Assembly: GCA_041690135.1 (NCBI GenBank)
Contig: JAWLHY010000003.1
Location: forward strand, 946,397-1,010,396
Length of the DNA: 64,000 nucleotides
Source: Armatimonadota bacterium
Lineage (GTDB): Bacteria > Armatimonadota > SYMT01
Direction of reading: 5' to 3'
Shown in pieces: positions 45,082-53,956 of this stretch. The translations under genes were made by a program, and so were the position numbers. The notes below the pieces were generated by a model. It saw nothing but the letters and a program-made list of their open reading frames with translations, did no database searches and had not been told where the DNA came from. How positions within the stretch are numbered: the first letter of the stretch is position 1; each line of letters begins with the position of its first letter.

Positions 45082-47367
45082 ATGTCGCACCGTAGCCTAC
45101 TCCTGGCTCTGATTCTTGTAACGCCGGCCGCGGCACAGGGCCCCACGTTGGTTCCGGCTACGCTGCGGAACGTGAGCCCCGCCGGGGTGGCGCGCGGGCA
45201 GACCGTGACCCTCACGCTGGACGGGATCAACCTGCGCGAGGCGGAACGGGCGGTCTTCGACGACCCGGCGATCACCGGCACCTGCGCCCCGGGCGCCAAC
45301 GCGAACCAGGTGAAGGTGACGGCACGGATCGGCGAGCAAGTGAGGCCGGGCATCCATCGCGTCCATCTGGAAACGCCCCTGGGCACCACCGGTTCGGTGA
45401 CGTTCGCCGTGGGAGCCTGGCCGGAGAAGGCGGAGCAGGAGCCGAACGACGCCGCTGCGGCCGGAGGCATTCAGCCACTGCCGGCGACCTTCACCGGGGT
45501 CCTCAACCGGGTGGGGGACGCGGACTGCTTCCGCTTCCGCGCGGAAGCGGGGCAGGAACTGGTGTTCGAGGTGCTGGCGGGGCAGATTCGCTCCCGGCTC
45601 AATGCCGTGCTGACGCTGCTCGACCCGCAGGGGAAGGTCCTCGTCGAGAGCCAGGGGGCGGACGGGCAGGTGGACCCGGTACTGGCGTTCCGGTTCCGGG
45701 AAGCCGGGGAATACACGATCCGGATCCGGGACTTCGAAAACGCGGGCGGGGGCGACGTGACCTACCGCCTAAACGCCGGCGCCTTCCCCCTGGCGACCCA
45801 CGCCTTTCCGCTCGGCGTGCGCCGGGGCGGGGGAGCGGTCTCGCTCTCCGGATTCAATCTCGGCGGCGACCGGCGCGTGAAAGTCCCGGCGGAGCGTGGC
45901 GGCTGGGGGGAGACGGTCTCCGTCACCACGGCCCCGACGGGACCGCTGCTCCGGCCGCTGGCCCTGGCAATCGGCGAGGAGCCGGAAGTGCTGGAAGCCG
46001 CCGCGCCTAACGACACGGCGGCGACGGCGCAGGCGGTGTCCGCATCGGTGACGATCAACGGCCGGATCGCGGCGGACGGGGGGCCGGACCTCGACCACTA
46101 CCGCTTCCGGGTGAAGAAGGGCGAGAAGCTGGTCCTGGAGGTCCAGGCAAGGCGCCTCGGGTCTCCGCTCGACCCGGTGATCGAGGTGCTGGACGCCTCC
46201 GGGAAGAAGGTGGAGCGGGCCACCCTGCGCTGCGTGGCGGAGACTGTGACCACCCTGAGCGACCGGGACTCGGCCACCAGCGGGCTGCGGATGCTCTCCT
46301 GGCGGGACTTCAACGTTCGCGACTTGGTCTACGTGCGGGGAGAGGTCCTGCAGTTGGTGGCGCTGCCCCGCGGCCCGGACGACGATGCCCGCTTCCGCAG
46401 TTTCCGCGGCCAGCGGCTCGGCCTGTTCGACACCACTCCCAGCGGGCATGCCGTAAACACCCCGATGTACAAGGTCCAGGTCCATCCGCCGGGCAAGACC
46501 TTTCCGCCGAATGGGATGCCGGTGTTCCGGCTCTACTACCGCAACGACGACGGCGGCCCGCTCTACGGCAAGGATTCCCACCTCTCGTTCACGGCGCCCG
46601 CCGACGGGGAGTATGTGGTCCGCATCGCCGACGTGCGTGGCTCCCAGGGCGAGCGTCATGCTTACCGGCTGACCATCCGTTCGGAGCAGCCCGATTTCCG
46701 TCTCTCGCTCAACCCGGCCCAGCCGAACATTCCGGCCGGTTCGCGGGTCCCGGTGGAAGTGACCGCAGATCGCCTGGACGGCTACGCGGGGGAGATTCGG
46801 GTCCGGCTCGAGAATCTCCCGCCCGGCATCACCGCGACCCCCGCCGTCATCGAGGCGGGAGAGACCAGCGCCACACTGCTCCTCTCGGCCGCTGTGGAAG
46901 CAAAGACTGCACCAGCGAGCCCGGTCCGGCTGATCGGCGAGGCCGAGATCGGGGGACGTCCGGTGGTGCGAACGGAAACCCTGACGGGCGGCGGCTGCCG
47001 CATCGCCGTGTTGCCTCGTCCCGACCTCCAGGTGACGACCACCCAGAAGAAGATTGTGATCGTCCCCGGTTCCGAGCAGCAGATCGACGCCGCTATTGTC
47101 CGGCAAAGCAAGTTCACGGGTCGGGTGCCGGTCGACCTCAAGAACCTGGCGTTCGGCGTGCGAATCCTGGACGTGGGCCTCAATGGCGTGCTGATCCCCG
47201 AAGGCGAAACGTCGCGGCGCTTCACCATCATCTGCGAGCCGTGGGTCAAGCCGATGCAACGCCTGGTCTACTGCACCGTCCGCACCGAGACCAACTCCGC
47301 GGCCCCCACCGAGGTCGCCGCCGAACCGATCTTGCTGGAGGTCCGGCTCCCGGAAGCGGCGCCGTAG
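45082..47367 (+). CDS. PPC (pre-peptidase C-terminal) domain exported protein typical of DUF1501/DUF1553 clusters
   Basis: SPAGVARGQTV, EQEPND, GDADCFRF, ARRLGSPLDP, NDDG, FTAPADGEY. Confidence 0.85.
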   Translation: MSHRSLLLALILVTPAAAQGPTLVPATLRNVSPAGVARGQTVTLTLDGINLREAERAVFDDPAITGTCAPGANANQVKVTARIGEQVRPGIHRVHLETPLGTTGSVTFAVGAWPEKAEQEPNDAAAAGGIQPLPATFTGVLNRVGDADCFRFRAEAGQELVFEVLAGQIRSRLNAVLTLLDPQGKVLVESQGADGQVDPVLAFRFREAGEYTIRIRDFENAGGGDVTYRLNAGAFPLATHAFPLGVRRGGGAVSLSGFNLGGDRRVKVPAERGGWGETVSVTTAPTGPLLRPLALAIGEEPEVLEAAAPNDTAATAQAVSASVTINGRIAADGGPDLDHYRFRVKKGEKLVLEVQARRLGSPLDPVIEVLDASGKKVERATLRCVAETVTTLSDRDSATSGLRMLSWRDFNVRDLVYVRGEVLQLVALPRGPDDDARFRSFRGQRLGLFDTTPSGHAVNTPMYKVQVHPPGKTFPPNGMPVFRLYYRNDDGGPLYGKDSHLSFTAPADGEYVVRIADVRGSQGERHAYRLTIRSEQPDFRLSLNPAQPNIPAGSRVPVEVTADRLDGYAGEIRVRLENLPPGITATPAVIEAGETSATLLLSAAVEAKTAPASPVRLIGEAEIGGRPVVRTETLTGGGCRIAVLPRPDLQVTTTQKKIVIVPGSEQQIDAAIVRQSKFTGRVPVDLKNLAFGVRILDVGLNGVLIPEGETSRRFTIICEPWVKPMQRLVYCTVRTETNSAAPTEVAAEPILLEVRLPEAAP

Positions 47368-47404
47368 CGGATCGGTTGGGTAGGCGACTGGCAAGAGTTT
47401 GGGA

Positions 47405-48451
47405 ATGCAACGCTGGAATCGATACCTGGCCCCACAGGGAATAGCGGCTGGCCTGCTCTTGCTTTGCGGAGTGTGGTGGAGTTCGCATCGGCTGCGGCCC
47501 ACATCCGCTACAATGGTGCAACCCCGGTACACGTCCACACCGGTTTCATTGGTGGCGATGGAGTGGGGTCGTCCGGAAAAACCGACAGAGCGAATTGTCC
47601 GCATCCGGCTCCCGCAAGCAGAACGCACCGCCTACACCCCTCCCGGAATGTTGATGAGCGATAAGGCCAATGCCTATGGGGGGCTCTTTCCTGGGATGGT
47701 TCGTGGGAAACAAGCAACCGGCGCGCTCCGGTCGGGCAGAGCGAATGAAGGCGAGCAGCGAGCAGTGGACCCGATTGAGCTTGCCCGTTGGGAGCACGGA
47801 TCGGAAGGCTGGCGGGTGGACCATCGGCTGCCGACCGGAGCGGGAATGGCTTATGGGATCACTGCGTCGCCAAATGGAGGGTTCGCAGGATATTGGAAGG
47901 CGGATAGGAAGCGAGGAAAGGTCGCCATCTGGCAGGCCGACTGGGTGCGGAAGAAACGGACTCGCGTAACGGTTGTGAAAGGGATTGCCTGGCATGCTCC
48001 CCAGTTGGCGTGTGCTGACTCGGGGGAGATCTATTTCTGGCAACCGCCCGGCCATTCGGCTCCGCTTTCGACCGTCTACTGTTGGACACCTGGTGGAACT
48101 CGCGGGATCGTCGGCAGCTTCTCCCAGGTACTTACTTCCAGGCACGGTGCCGTTGGCATTGCGCCCTGGAGAAAAGGTGTGAGGACAGGGTTTGACTTCC
48201 ACGACCTGAACGGGCAAACCTCGGTTCCCGAACACTATGAACTGGTGTACGAGGGTGCGAGTTGGATACTGGCGGCCCCGCCCGTCAATAGAGTCGCTAT
48301 CTCCGAAGACGGATCGTGGCTGGCGGCGGACATAGGCGACTCGTGGCGCAGGCGAGTCTACGGGGTTTGGAGGCGAGGACAGGCTCGGCCAGTCCACACG
48401 GGGGATTGGTCAAGTAGCCAAATGCTGCTAGGGATTGAACCCTCGCTATAA
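47405..48451 (+). CDS. Hypothetical membrane-anchored, possibly beta-propeller protein
   Basis: N-terminal TM segment; ASPNG and AISEDGSWLA blade-like motifs; lower GC. Confidence 0.5.
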   Translation: MQRWNRYLAPQGIAAGLLLLCGVWWSSHRLRPTSATMVQPRYTSTPVSLVAMEWGRPEKPTERIVRIRLPQAERTAYTPPGMLMSDKANAYGGLFPGMVRGKQATGALRSGRANEGEQRAVDPIELARWEHGSEGWRVDHRLPTGAGMAYGITASPNGGFAGYWKADRKRGKVAIWQADWVRKKRTRVTVVKGIAWHAPQLACADSGEIYFWQPPGHSAPLSTVYCWTPGGTRGIVGSFSQVLTSRHGAVGIAPWRKGVRTGFDFHDLNGQTSVPEHYELVYEGASWILAAPPVNRVAISEDGSWLAADIGDSWRRRVYGVWRRGQARPVHTGDWSSSQMLLGIEPSL

Positions 48452-48631
48452 GACCAGAACTCCCCCTACCGTTTCCGACGGGCACCGCAACCAGCAAAAC
48501 AGAACCGCAGAGGACTTGACCCATTGCAAGAGCCCGCGAGCTTGCCCGTATAGGATCATGAAAGAAAGCTTCTTCCGCGTCCTTCCGTGTGTTCCGCGGG
48601 CATAAACGGGTTCCCATTTCCGCGGTCTTGT

Positions 48632-49033
48632 TTAGCCCTCCGTCTCGCTTGTACTCCGGGACTGGAACTGGTCCACGAGCTTGCGCAACTCGGCGATCTC
48701 TTCCTCGGTGAGGTCGTCCACCTCCGCCAGGTAGGCGACGAATGGGGACACCGAGCCGCGGAGGGTACGCTGCACGAAGTCCCGGATCACGCCCCGCATC
48801 ACGTCGGACTGCTCCTGCCGCGGCATATACTGGTAGGCGCGGTGCTCCTGGCTCTTCTTGCGGACCAGAAATCCCTTCTGCCGCAGCCGCTCCATCATCA
48901 CCAGCACCGTGGTGCGGGCCAGCCCTCGGGGAGTACCGAACTGCTCCGCCACTTCACCCACGGAGAGCGGGGCATTCTCCGAGATGAAATTCAGGATCTC
49001 CAGCTCGCGGCTTCCCAGTGAGGAGCGGTCCAT
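48632..49033 (-). CDS. BlaI/MecI/CopY family transcriptional repressor
   Basis: LGSRELEIL, LARTTVL..M.RL..KG.L, AY.Y.P, GS.SPFVAYL, EI.ELRKLV. Confidence 0.92.
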   Translation of the reverse strand: MDRSSLGSRELEILNFISENAPLSVGEVAEQFGTPRGLARTTVLVMMERLRQKGFLVRKKSQEHRAYQYMPRQEQSDVMRGVIRDFVQRTLRGSVSPFVAYLAEVDDLTEEEIAELRKLVDQFQSRSTSETEG

Positions 49034-49053
49034 AGCGTTCTCCAGGCAACGTT

Positions 49054-49071
49054 TGATGACAGGTGTCGTCA
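49054..49071. promoter_or_regulatory. Putative BlaI-type autoregulatory operator
   Basis: Imperfect palindrome TGATGACA-GG-TGTCGTCA 21 nt upstream of the start; GACAnnTGTC resembles the TACAnnTGTA box. Confidence 0.55.
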
Positions 49072-49188
49072 TGAACTGAGACGAGCGCCGGCCTGCAACT
49101 GTTTCGTAACGTTGCCGGGCTGCCACACCGCGACTTCCATCAGAGAATCGTCCCACGGAAGACCGAAACCGGCCTGGACGACGGAATG

Positions 49189-49245
49189 GTAGGGAACGTG
49201 ACGCCGTTCCGTTCCGCCGCTCGCGAGACTGATCCTGTCGGGGCC
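49189..49245. repeat. GTAG-tagged dispersed repeat, second copy of 37963-38018
   Basis: GTAGGGAA(C/T)GTGACGCCGTTCC(G/A)TTCCG...TGATC...GGCC. Confidence 0.7.
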
Positions 49246-49361
49246 ACTTGGAACAACGTTTCGGAATTATACGACTTCATCTTGACAGAGGAACACCCGC
49301 CGACCCGCCGTAACCTACCGGAAAGTCCGGGTTCGCAGCGTTGCGGAAAGGGAGGAGCGGG

Positions 49362-50153
49362 ATGCGAGTCGACCTGAACGGGCAGGTAGCCCTCGTCACC
49401 GGAGGCGCCAACGGCATCGGCCGGGCCATCGTCCAGCGGTTGGCCGAGAACGGCGCGCACGTCGTGATCGTGGACCTGGAAGCCGAACCCGCCGAACGCG
49501 CCGCCCACGAGGTCCGAGAATCCGGCGGAAGCTGTATCGCGCTGGCAGGCGACGTTTCCGACCAGACTCGAATGGAGGCGGTGGTTCAGGAGTGCGTCGA
49601 CCGCCTGGACCGGATCGATATCCTGGTCAACAACGCCGGCGTCAACAGCCATCACCGCGTCCCGATTCACGAATACACCAACGAGGACTGGCACCGGATT
49701 CTGCAAGTCGACCTCACCGGCGTCTTCGTCACCAGCCGCGCCGTGCTGCCCGCCATGCTGCGCACCGGCGGCGGGCGCATCGTCAACATCAGCTCCATCG
49801 CCGGCCTGGTGCCCCTCCGCCTCCAGAGCGCCTACGTGGCGGCCAAGGCGGGCGTCGCCAACCTCACCCGCTCCATGGCCGCCGAGCTCGGTGCGCAGGG
49901 CGTCCGCGTCAACTGCGTTGCGCCCGGCTCCACCCTCTCCCGCGGCACCGAGGCCCTCTTCTACGGCCCCGACGGCCAGTTCAACGACCGCGCCGCCAGC
50001 CTCATCTCCCACATCCCCCTCGGCCGCCCCGGTCGCCCCGAAGAAATCGCCGCCGCCGTCCTCTTCCTCGTCGCCCCCGAAGCCAGCTACGTCACCGGCG
50101 TGGTGCTGCCGGTGGACGGGGGGTGGATCGCGAGTTATCACCGGGATTGGTAG
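49362..50153 (+). CDS. SDR family NAD(P)-dependent oxidoreductase
   Basis: TGGANGIG, LVNNAG, NISS, YVAAK, VNCVAPG, VDGG. Confidence 0.95.
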   Translation: MRVDLNGQVALVTGGANGIGRAIVQRLAENGAHVVIVDLEAEPAERAAHEVRESGGSCIALAGDVSDQTRMEAVVQECVDRLDRIDILVNNAGVNSHHRVPIHEYTNEDWHRILQVDLTGVFVTSRAVLPAMLRTGGGRIVNISSIAGLVPLRLQSAYVAAKAGVANLTRSMAAELGAQGVRVNCVAPGSTLSRGTEALFYGPDGQFNDRAASLISHIPLGRPGRPEEIAAAVLFLVAPEASYVTGVVLPVDGGWIASYHRDW

Positions 50154-50790
50154 GTGTTCGGGTTTTCAGGTGCTCAGGTGTTCGGGGGTGCTTAGTGGAG
50201 ACTTCGAAACACGTTCCGATTGAGGAGATGGAGTTCTTCCGTCGCTATGTTGAGGTAGCTGATTGGGCGTGGGACGCGGTGCAACGATGGCCAGGCTTCC
50301 CAAAGGACACGCTCGGCAAGCAACTCGTACGGGCCTCGGACAGCGTTGGCGCCAATCTGGTGGAAGGTGCCGGGCGGCATTCACCGGCCGACGCTTTGCA
50401 CTTCTTTGTGATCGCAAGAGCCTCCGCACGCGAGACACGCTACTGGCTGTTGCGAGCCGCCAAACGGAAACTGCTGGCTCCCGAGATCGTTGATACCAAA
50501 GTCTTGGAGCTTGTCAGTGCAACGCAACTCTTGAATCGATTCATCGCCTACCGGCGGAGCCGGGCTCGATCGGACCGAATAGCAGAGCCGCAAGTGGCAT
50601 ATTCCTGTAACGAAGAAGATCCTTTCGCTCCCGATGACCTGGACCGTGAGTACGGCCACTCTCCAGTTGATCCAATCCAATTGATGTGGGAGAGCCCCGC
50701 CAGTTGAATCGGACCGGAACTTGTGTATCTAACTCACCGCCCGGGTTCCCGAACACCCGAACACCCGAACACCCGAACACCTGAATACCC
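50151..50790. mobile_element. Candidate cassette: four-helix-bundle gene bracketed by inverted octamer arrays
   Basis: GGTGTTCG GGTTTTCA GGTGCTCA GGTGTTCG upstream; (CCCGAACA)4 CCTGAATA downstream; lower GC inside; no transposase. Confidence 0.45.
50195..50707 (+). CDS. Four helix bundle protein (23S rRNA IVS protein / Avd-like family)
   Basis: LGKQLVRASDSVGANLVEGAGR...HFF.IARASARETRYWL; alternative start ATG 50228. Confidence 0.9.
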   Translation: METSKHVPIEEMEFFRRYVEVADWAWDAVQRWPGFPKDTLGKQLVRASDSVGANLVEGAGRHSPADALHFFVIARASARETRYWLLRAAKRKLLAPEIVDTKVLELVSATQLLNRFIAYRRSRARSDRIAEPQVAYSCNEEDPFAPDDLDREYGHSPVDPIQLMWESPAS

Positions 50791-50798
50791 AGCAAGCC

Positions 50799-51794
50799 AT
50801 GGTCCAACTTCAACATCCTGATCTCGATCTCCACCTGCTAACCGAGCTGTATTCTCGAATGCAACTGCTCCGTGTGTTCGAGACTCGCGCCGGCCGCCAT
50901 TATCGCGCTGGGGAGATGCCCGGGTTTATTCACCTCTACGTCGGCGAGGAAGCCGTGGCCGTGGGGGTGTGCGCGCACCTGCGGACGGATGACTGGATCA
51001 CCAGTACCCACCGGGGGCACGGTCACGCGCTGGCGAAGGGGGTCTCACCGCAGGCTTTGATGGACGAGCTCTGGGGGCGTGCGACCGGGGTCTGCGGCGG
51101 TCGGGGTGGAAGCATGCACCTCTACGCGCCGGACGTGGGGCTGCTGGGAACGAACGGTTTCGTCGGAGGCGGGATCCCGAGCGCGGTGGGGACCGCCCTG
51201 GCGGCGCGAGCTCGGAAGACGGACCAGGTGAGCGTGGCGTTCTTCGGGGACGGCGCCGTCAATCACGGGTCGTTCCATGAGTCGATGAACCTGGCCGCCG
51301 CGTTCGACCTGCCGGTGCTGTTCGTCTGCGAGCACAACCTCTACGCGACCGCGACCCCGCTGCAGACGGTGATCAAGGAGCCGGATCTCCGGAAGCGTGG
51401 CCTCGCCTACGGCATTCCCTCCGAGGACGTGGACGGGAACGACGTCACGGCGGTGTACCGGGCGGCGGAAGCGGCGGTCGCGCGGGCGAGGCGGGGCGAG
51501 GGGCCGACCTTCCTGGTCTGTCACACCTACCGAACCGTCGGCCACCACGAGGGGGACCCGCTGGTGGGGACCTACCGGACCCGGGAAGAGCTGGATGCCT
51601 GGCTGGAGCAATGCCCGCTCAAGCGCCTGCGGGAGCACCTGGTGGACCGGGTACCGGCGGTGGAGTCCCGGTTGGACGATATCGATGCCGGGATCGAAGA
51701 CCGGATCACCACCGTGGTCGAGGCGGCACGGAACGCACCCTGGCCCAATCCGGAAACGGTGCGGGAGCACGTGTTCGCGGAGGGAGTGGCATGA
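50799..51794 (+). CDS. TPP-dependent 2-oxoacid/acetoin dehydrogenase E1 alpha subunit
   Basis: GFIHLYVGEEA, STHRGHGH, GRGGSMH, FFGDGA...N, VDGNDV, TYR..GH. Confidence 0.95.
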   Translation: MVQLQHPDLDLHLLTELYSRMQLLRVFETRAGRHYRAGEMPGFIHLYVGEEAVAVGVCAHLRTDDWITSTHRGHGHALAKGVSPQALMDELWGRATGVCGGRGGSMHLYAPDVGLLGTNGFVGGGIPSAVGTALAARARKTDQVSVAFFGDGAVNHGSFHESMNLAAAFDLPVLFVCEHNLYATATPLQTVIKEPDLRKRGLAYGIPSEDVDGNDVTAVYRAAEAAVARARRGEGPTFLVCHTYRTVGHHEGDPLVGTYRTREELDAWLEQCPLKRLREHLVDRVPAVESRLDDIDAGIEDRITTVVEAARNAPWPNPETVREHVFAEGVA

Positions 51795-53278
51795 ACACCA
51801 CGCGCGAGATGAGTACGCTGGAGGCGATGATCGACGCCCTCCGGATCGAGATGCGGCGCGATCCCACGGTGATCTACCTGGGCGAGGGCACGGGCGAGCG
51901 CGGCGGCACCTACGGCCACACGCTGGGCCTCTACCAGGAGTTCGGCCCGGAGCGGATGCTGGACACCCCTATCAGCGAGCTCGGGTTCACCGGGGCGTGC
52001 ATCGGGGCGGCGGTCAACGGCTGCCGTCCGATCGCGGACCTGATGTTCATGGACTTCGCGGCGGACGCGATGACCCAGATCGTGAACCAGGCCTCCAAGC
52101 TCCGGTACATGTCGAACGGCCAGGTCGGAGTGCCGATGGTGATCTGGGCGGGGGTGGGCGCCATCAAGTCGGCGGGGCCGCACCACAGCGGGTGTCTCTA
52201 CCCCTGGTTCATGCACGTGCCGGGGCTCAAGGTGGTCCTCCCCTCCAACCCGGCCGACGCCAAGGGCCTCTACGCCGCGGCGATCCGCGATCCCGACCCG
52301 GTGGTCTACTGCGCGCACAAGCTGCTCTTCTCCCGGCGGGCCGAGGTGCCGGAAGGGGAGTACGTGGTGCCCATGGGCCAGGCTGCCCTGCGACGGGAGG
52401 GGCGGGACGCCTCCATCATTGCCACCGGGATGATGGTCCACCTCGCGCTCGAAGCCGCGGAGCAGCTCGCGGCGGAAGGCATCGAGTGCGAGGTCCTGGA
52501 CCTCCGCAGCCTGGTCCCCCTGGACGTGGAAGCTGTCGTGGGCTGCGCGGCCCGCACCGGTCGCATCCTGGTGGTCGACGAAGCCTACTCCCCCTGCGGG
52601 GTGGGCGCGGAGATCGCCGCCCTGGTGAACGAGCACGCCTTCCGCTACCTGCGAGCTCCCGTGCTGCGCCTCCACACCGCCTCCGTCTCCCACCCCTTCA
52701 GCCCCGTCTTCGACTCCCACGTGTTGCCCCAGGTGGGCCAAATCGTGGAGAAGGTGGGAGTGCTGCTGGAAGGGGGACGGGTTGACCAAAGCGGCCACGG
52801 TTTTGCTGAGCGCAAGGGAGCAAGGGTGTGGGGTGCAGGGGCGCCAGTGGTGCAGGGCAGCTATGGTTCCGCAGAACGCAGGGGGGGAGGTGCACCTGTT
52901 GAGCGGAGCAACTACGGTGCGGCAGTAGGCCGGGGAGCAGGGGAACCGAACCTCGAATTACCTGAAGGCCTGAACGCCCGAAGGCCTGAACACCTGACCA
53001 CCGGAACACCGGAACACCCGAACACCCGAACACCCGAACACCTGACCCCCATCCGCATTCCCAACCAGGGCCTCACCGTGGAGGAAGCGAAGATCGTGCG
53101 GTGGCTGGTGCGGGAGGGGGACACCGTGAGCGCCGGACAGGCGTTGATGGAGATCGAGACCGACAAGGTGGTAGTCGAGGTGGAAGCCGAGGAGGCCGGC
53201 ACCATCCGGCAGATCGTCGCGCAGGAAGGAGAGGCGCTCCCACTCGGAACAACTGTGGCCTGGATATCGGTGGGTTGA
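51791..53278 (+). CDS. E1 beta subunit fused through a repeat-encoded linker to a C-terminal lipoyl domain
   Basis: DTPISELGF.G, NQASK, HSG, PGLKVV.P, DLRSL.PLD; C-terminal W.V.EGD.V...EIETDKV.VEVEA..AG. Confidence 0.92.
   Translation: MNTTREMSTLEAMIDALRIEMRRDPTVIYLGEGTGERGGTYGHTLGLYQEFGPERMLDTPISELGFTGACIGAAVNGCRPIADLMFMDFAADAMTQIVNQASKLRYMSNGQVGVPMVIWAGVGAIKSAGPHHSGCLYPWFMHVPGLKVVLPSNPADAKGLYAAAIRDPDPVVYCAHKLLFSRRAEVPEGEYVVPMGQAALRREGRDASIIATGMMVHLALEAAEQLAAEGIECEVLDLRSLVPLDVEAVVGCAARTGRILVVDEAYSPCGVGAEIAALVNEHAFRYLRAPVLRLHTASVSHPFSPVFDSHVLPQVGQIVEKVGVLLEGGRVDQSGHGFAERKGARVWGAGAPVVQGSYGSAERRGGGAPVERSNYGAAVGRGAGEPNLELPEGLNARRPEHLTTGTPEHPNTRTPEHLTPIRIPNQGLTVEEAKIVRWLVREGDTVSAGQALMEIETDKVVVEVEAEEAGTIRQIVAQEGEALPLGTTVAWISVG
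52784..53046 (+). repeat. In-frame linker: 66-bp-type units then a (CCGAACAC) octamer array
   Basis: Cores at 52792, 52858 (66 nt apart) and 52909; CCTGAAGG/CCGAACAC units at about 52960-53046. Confidence 0.85.
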
Positions 53279-53364
53279 CCCCGGCTGGGGACGATAGATG
53301 AAATCGGTATAGATCCGGAGTGAGTTATTCTTCGTCTCGCTGGGATTCAAGGTCAGCAAGAGGC

Positions 53365-53829
53365 TTACTCCCTCTTTCGGTCCATAGATGGCCGGATGGG
53401 CGAAGGGTTCGGCGCGGGGGTTACGGGTAGCGGAGCGGTCGGCGCCGCCGCTGTCTTTGCGAGCCGGAATGCCCCACAGGTTCCGAGCACTTTCGCCCAC
53501 GAATGGGCTGTGCCGCCGGCTCCCAGGAAGACCCACTCCTTGGAGATTGCCATCCCCGAGCTGGGGACGATCGGGTCGTCAAGACGGAAGAAAACGACTG
53601 CCACGGAGCGTCCGCCCTGGCCGCCAACAACCAGGGCCTCGCTGCGAAAGTTCGGACCGAGGAGTGCGTACGGTCCGAGACACACTGGGTGCGGAGTGAA
53701 CCAAGCGAAGGCGGAAATACTGCCGGCGCCGATCAGAAGCACCAGGATCAGTGCCGCCAGGATCACACCGGTCCGGTGACGTGTCCGTGTGGATAGCTCC
53801 GCGCTATCGCGGTGCTCGTGTAGAGGCAT
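53365..53829 (-). CDS. Hypothetical membrane-anchored protein
   Basis: GGGAGA upstream of ATG; N-terminal TM helix. Confidence 0.45.
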   Translation of the reverse strand: MPLHEHRDSAELSTRTRHRTGVILAALILVLLIGAGSISAFAWFTPHPVCLGPYALLGPNFRSEALVVGGQGGRSVAVVFFRLDDPIVPSSGMAISKEWVFLGAGGTAHSWAKVLGTCGAFRLAKTAAAPTAPLPVTPAPNPSPIRPSMDRKRE

Positions 53830-53956
53830 TGGCAGTCTCCCGGGTCCCGTGCGTGTGGAGCCACCGTTAAGACGCTCGATGCGCTGCGCCGGTTAGCCAC
53901 GCTCGCTCTCTTGGGCCGTCCTCACCGGGCCTACACCTATCGAGTAGGCCCGGTGG

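Noticed and set aside
49592-50194. Long N-terminal extension of the four-helix ORF (371-aa ORF), or a frameshift fusion with the SDR
   Set aside because: It is an Arg-rich off-frame shadow of the GC-rich SDR gene; the SDR has its own stop and no slippery site is evident.
50195-50707. Diversity-generating retroelement
   Set aside because: Only an Avd-like fold is present; no reverse transcriptase and no TR/VR pair with adenine-specific differences were seen.
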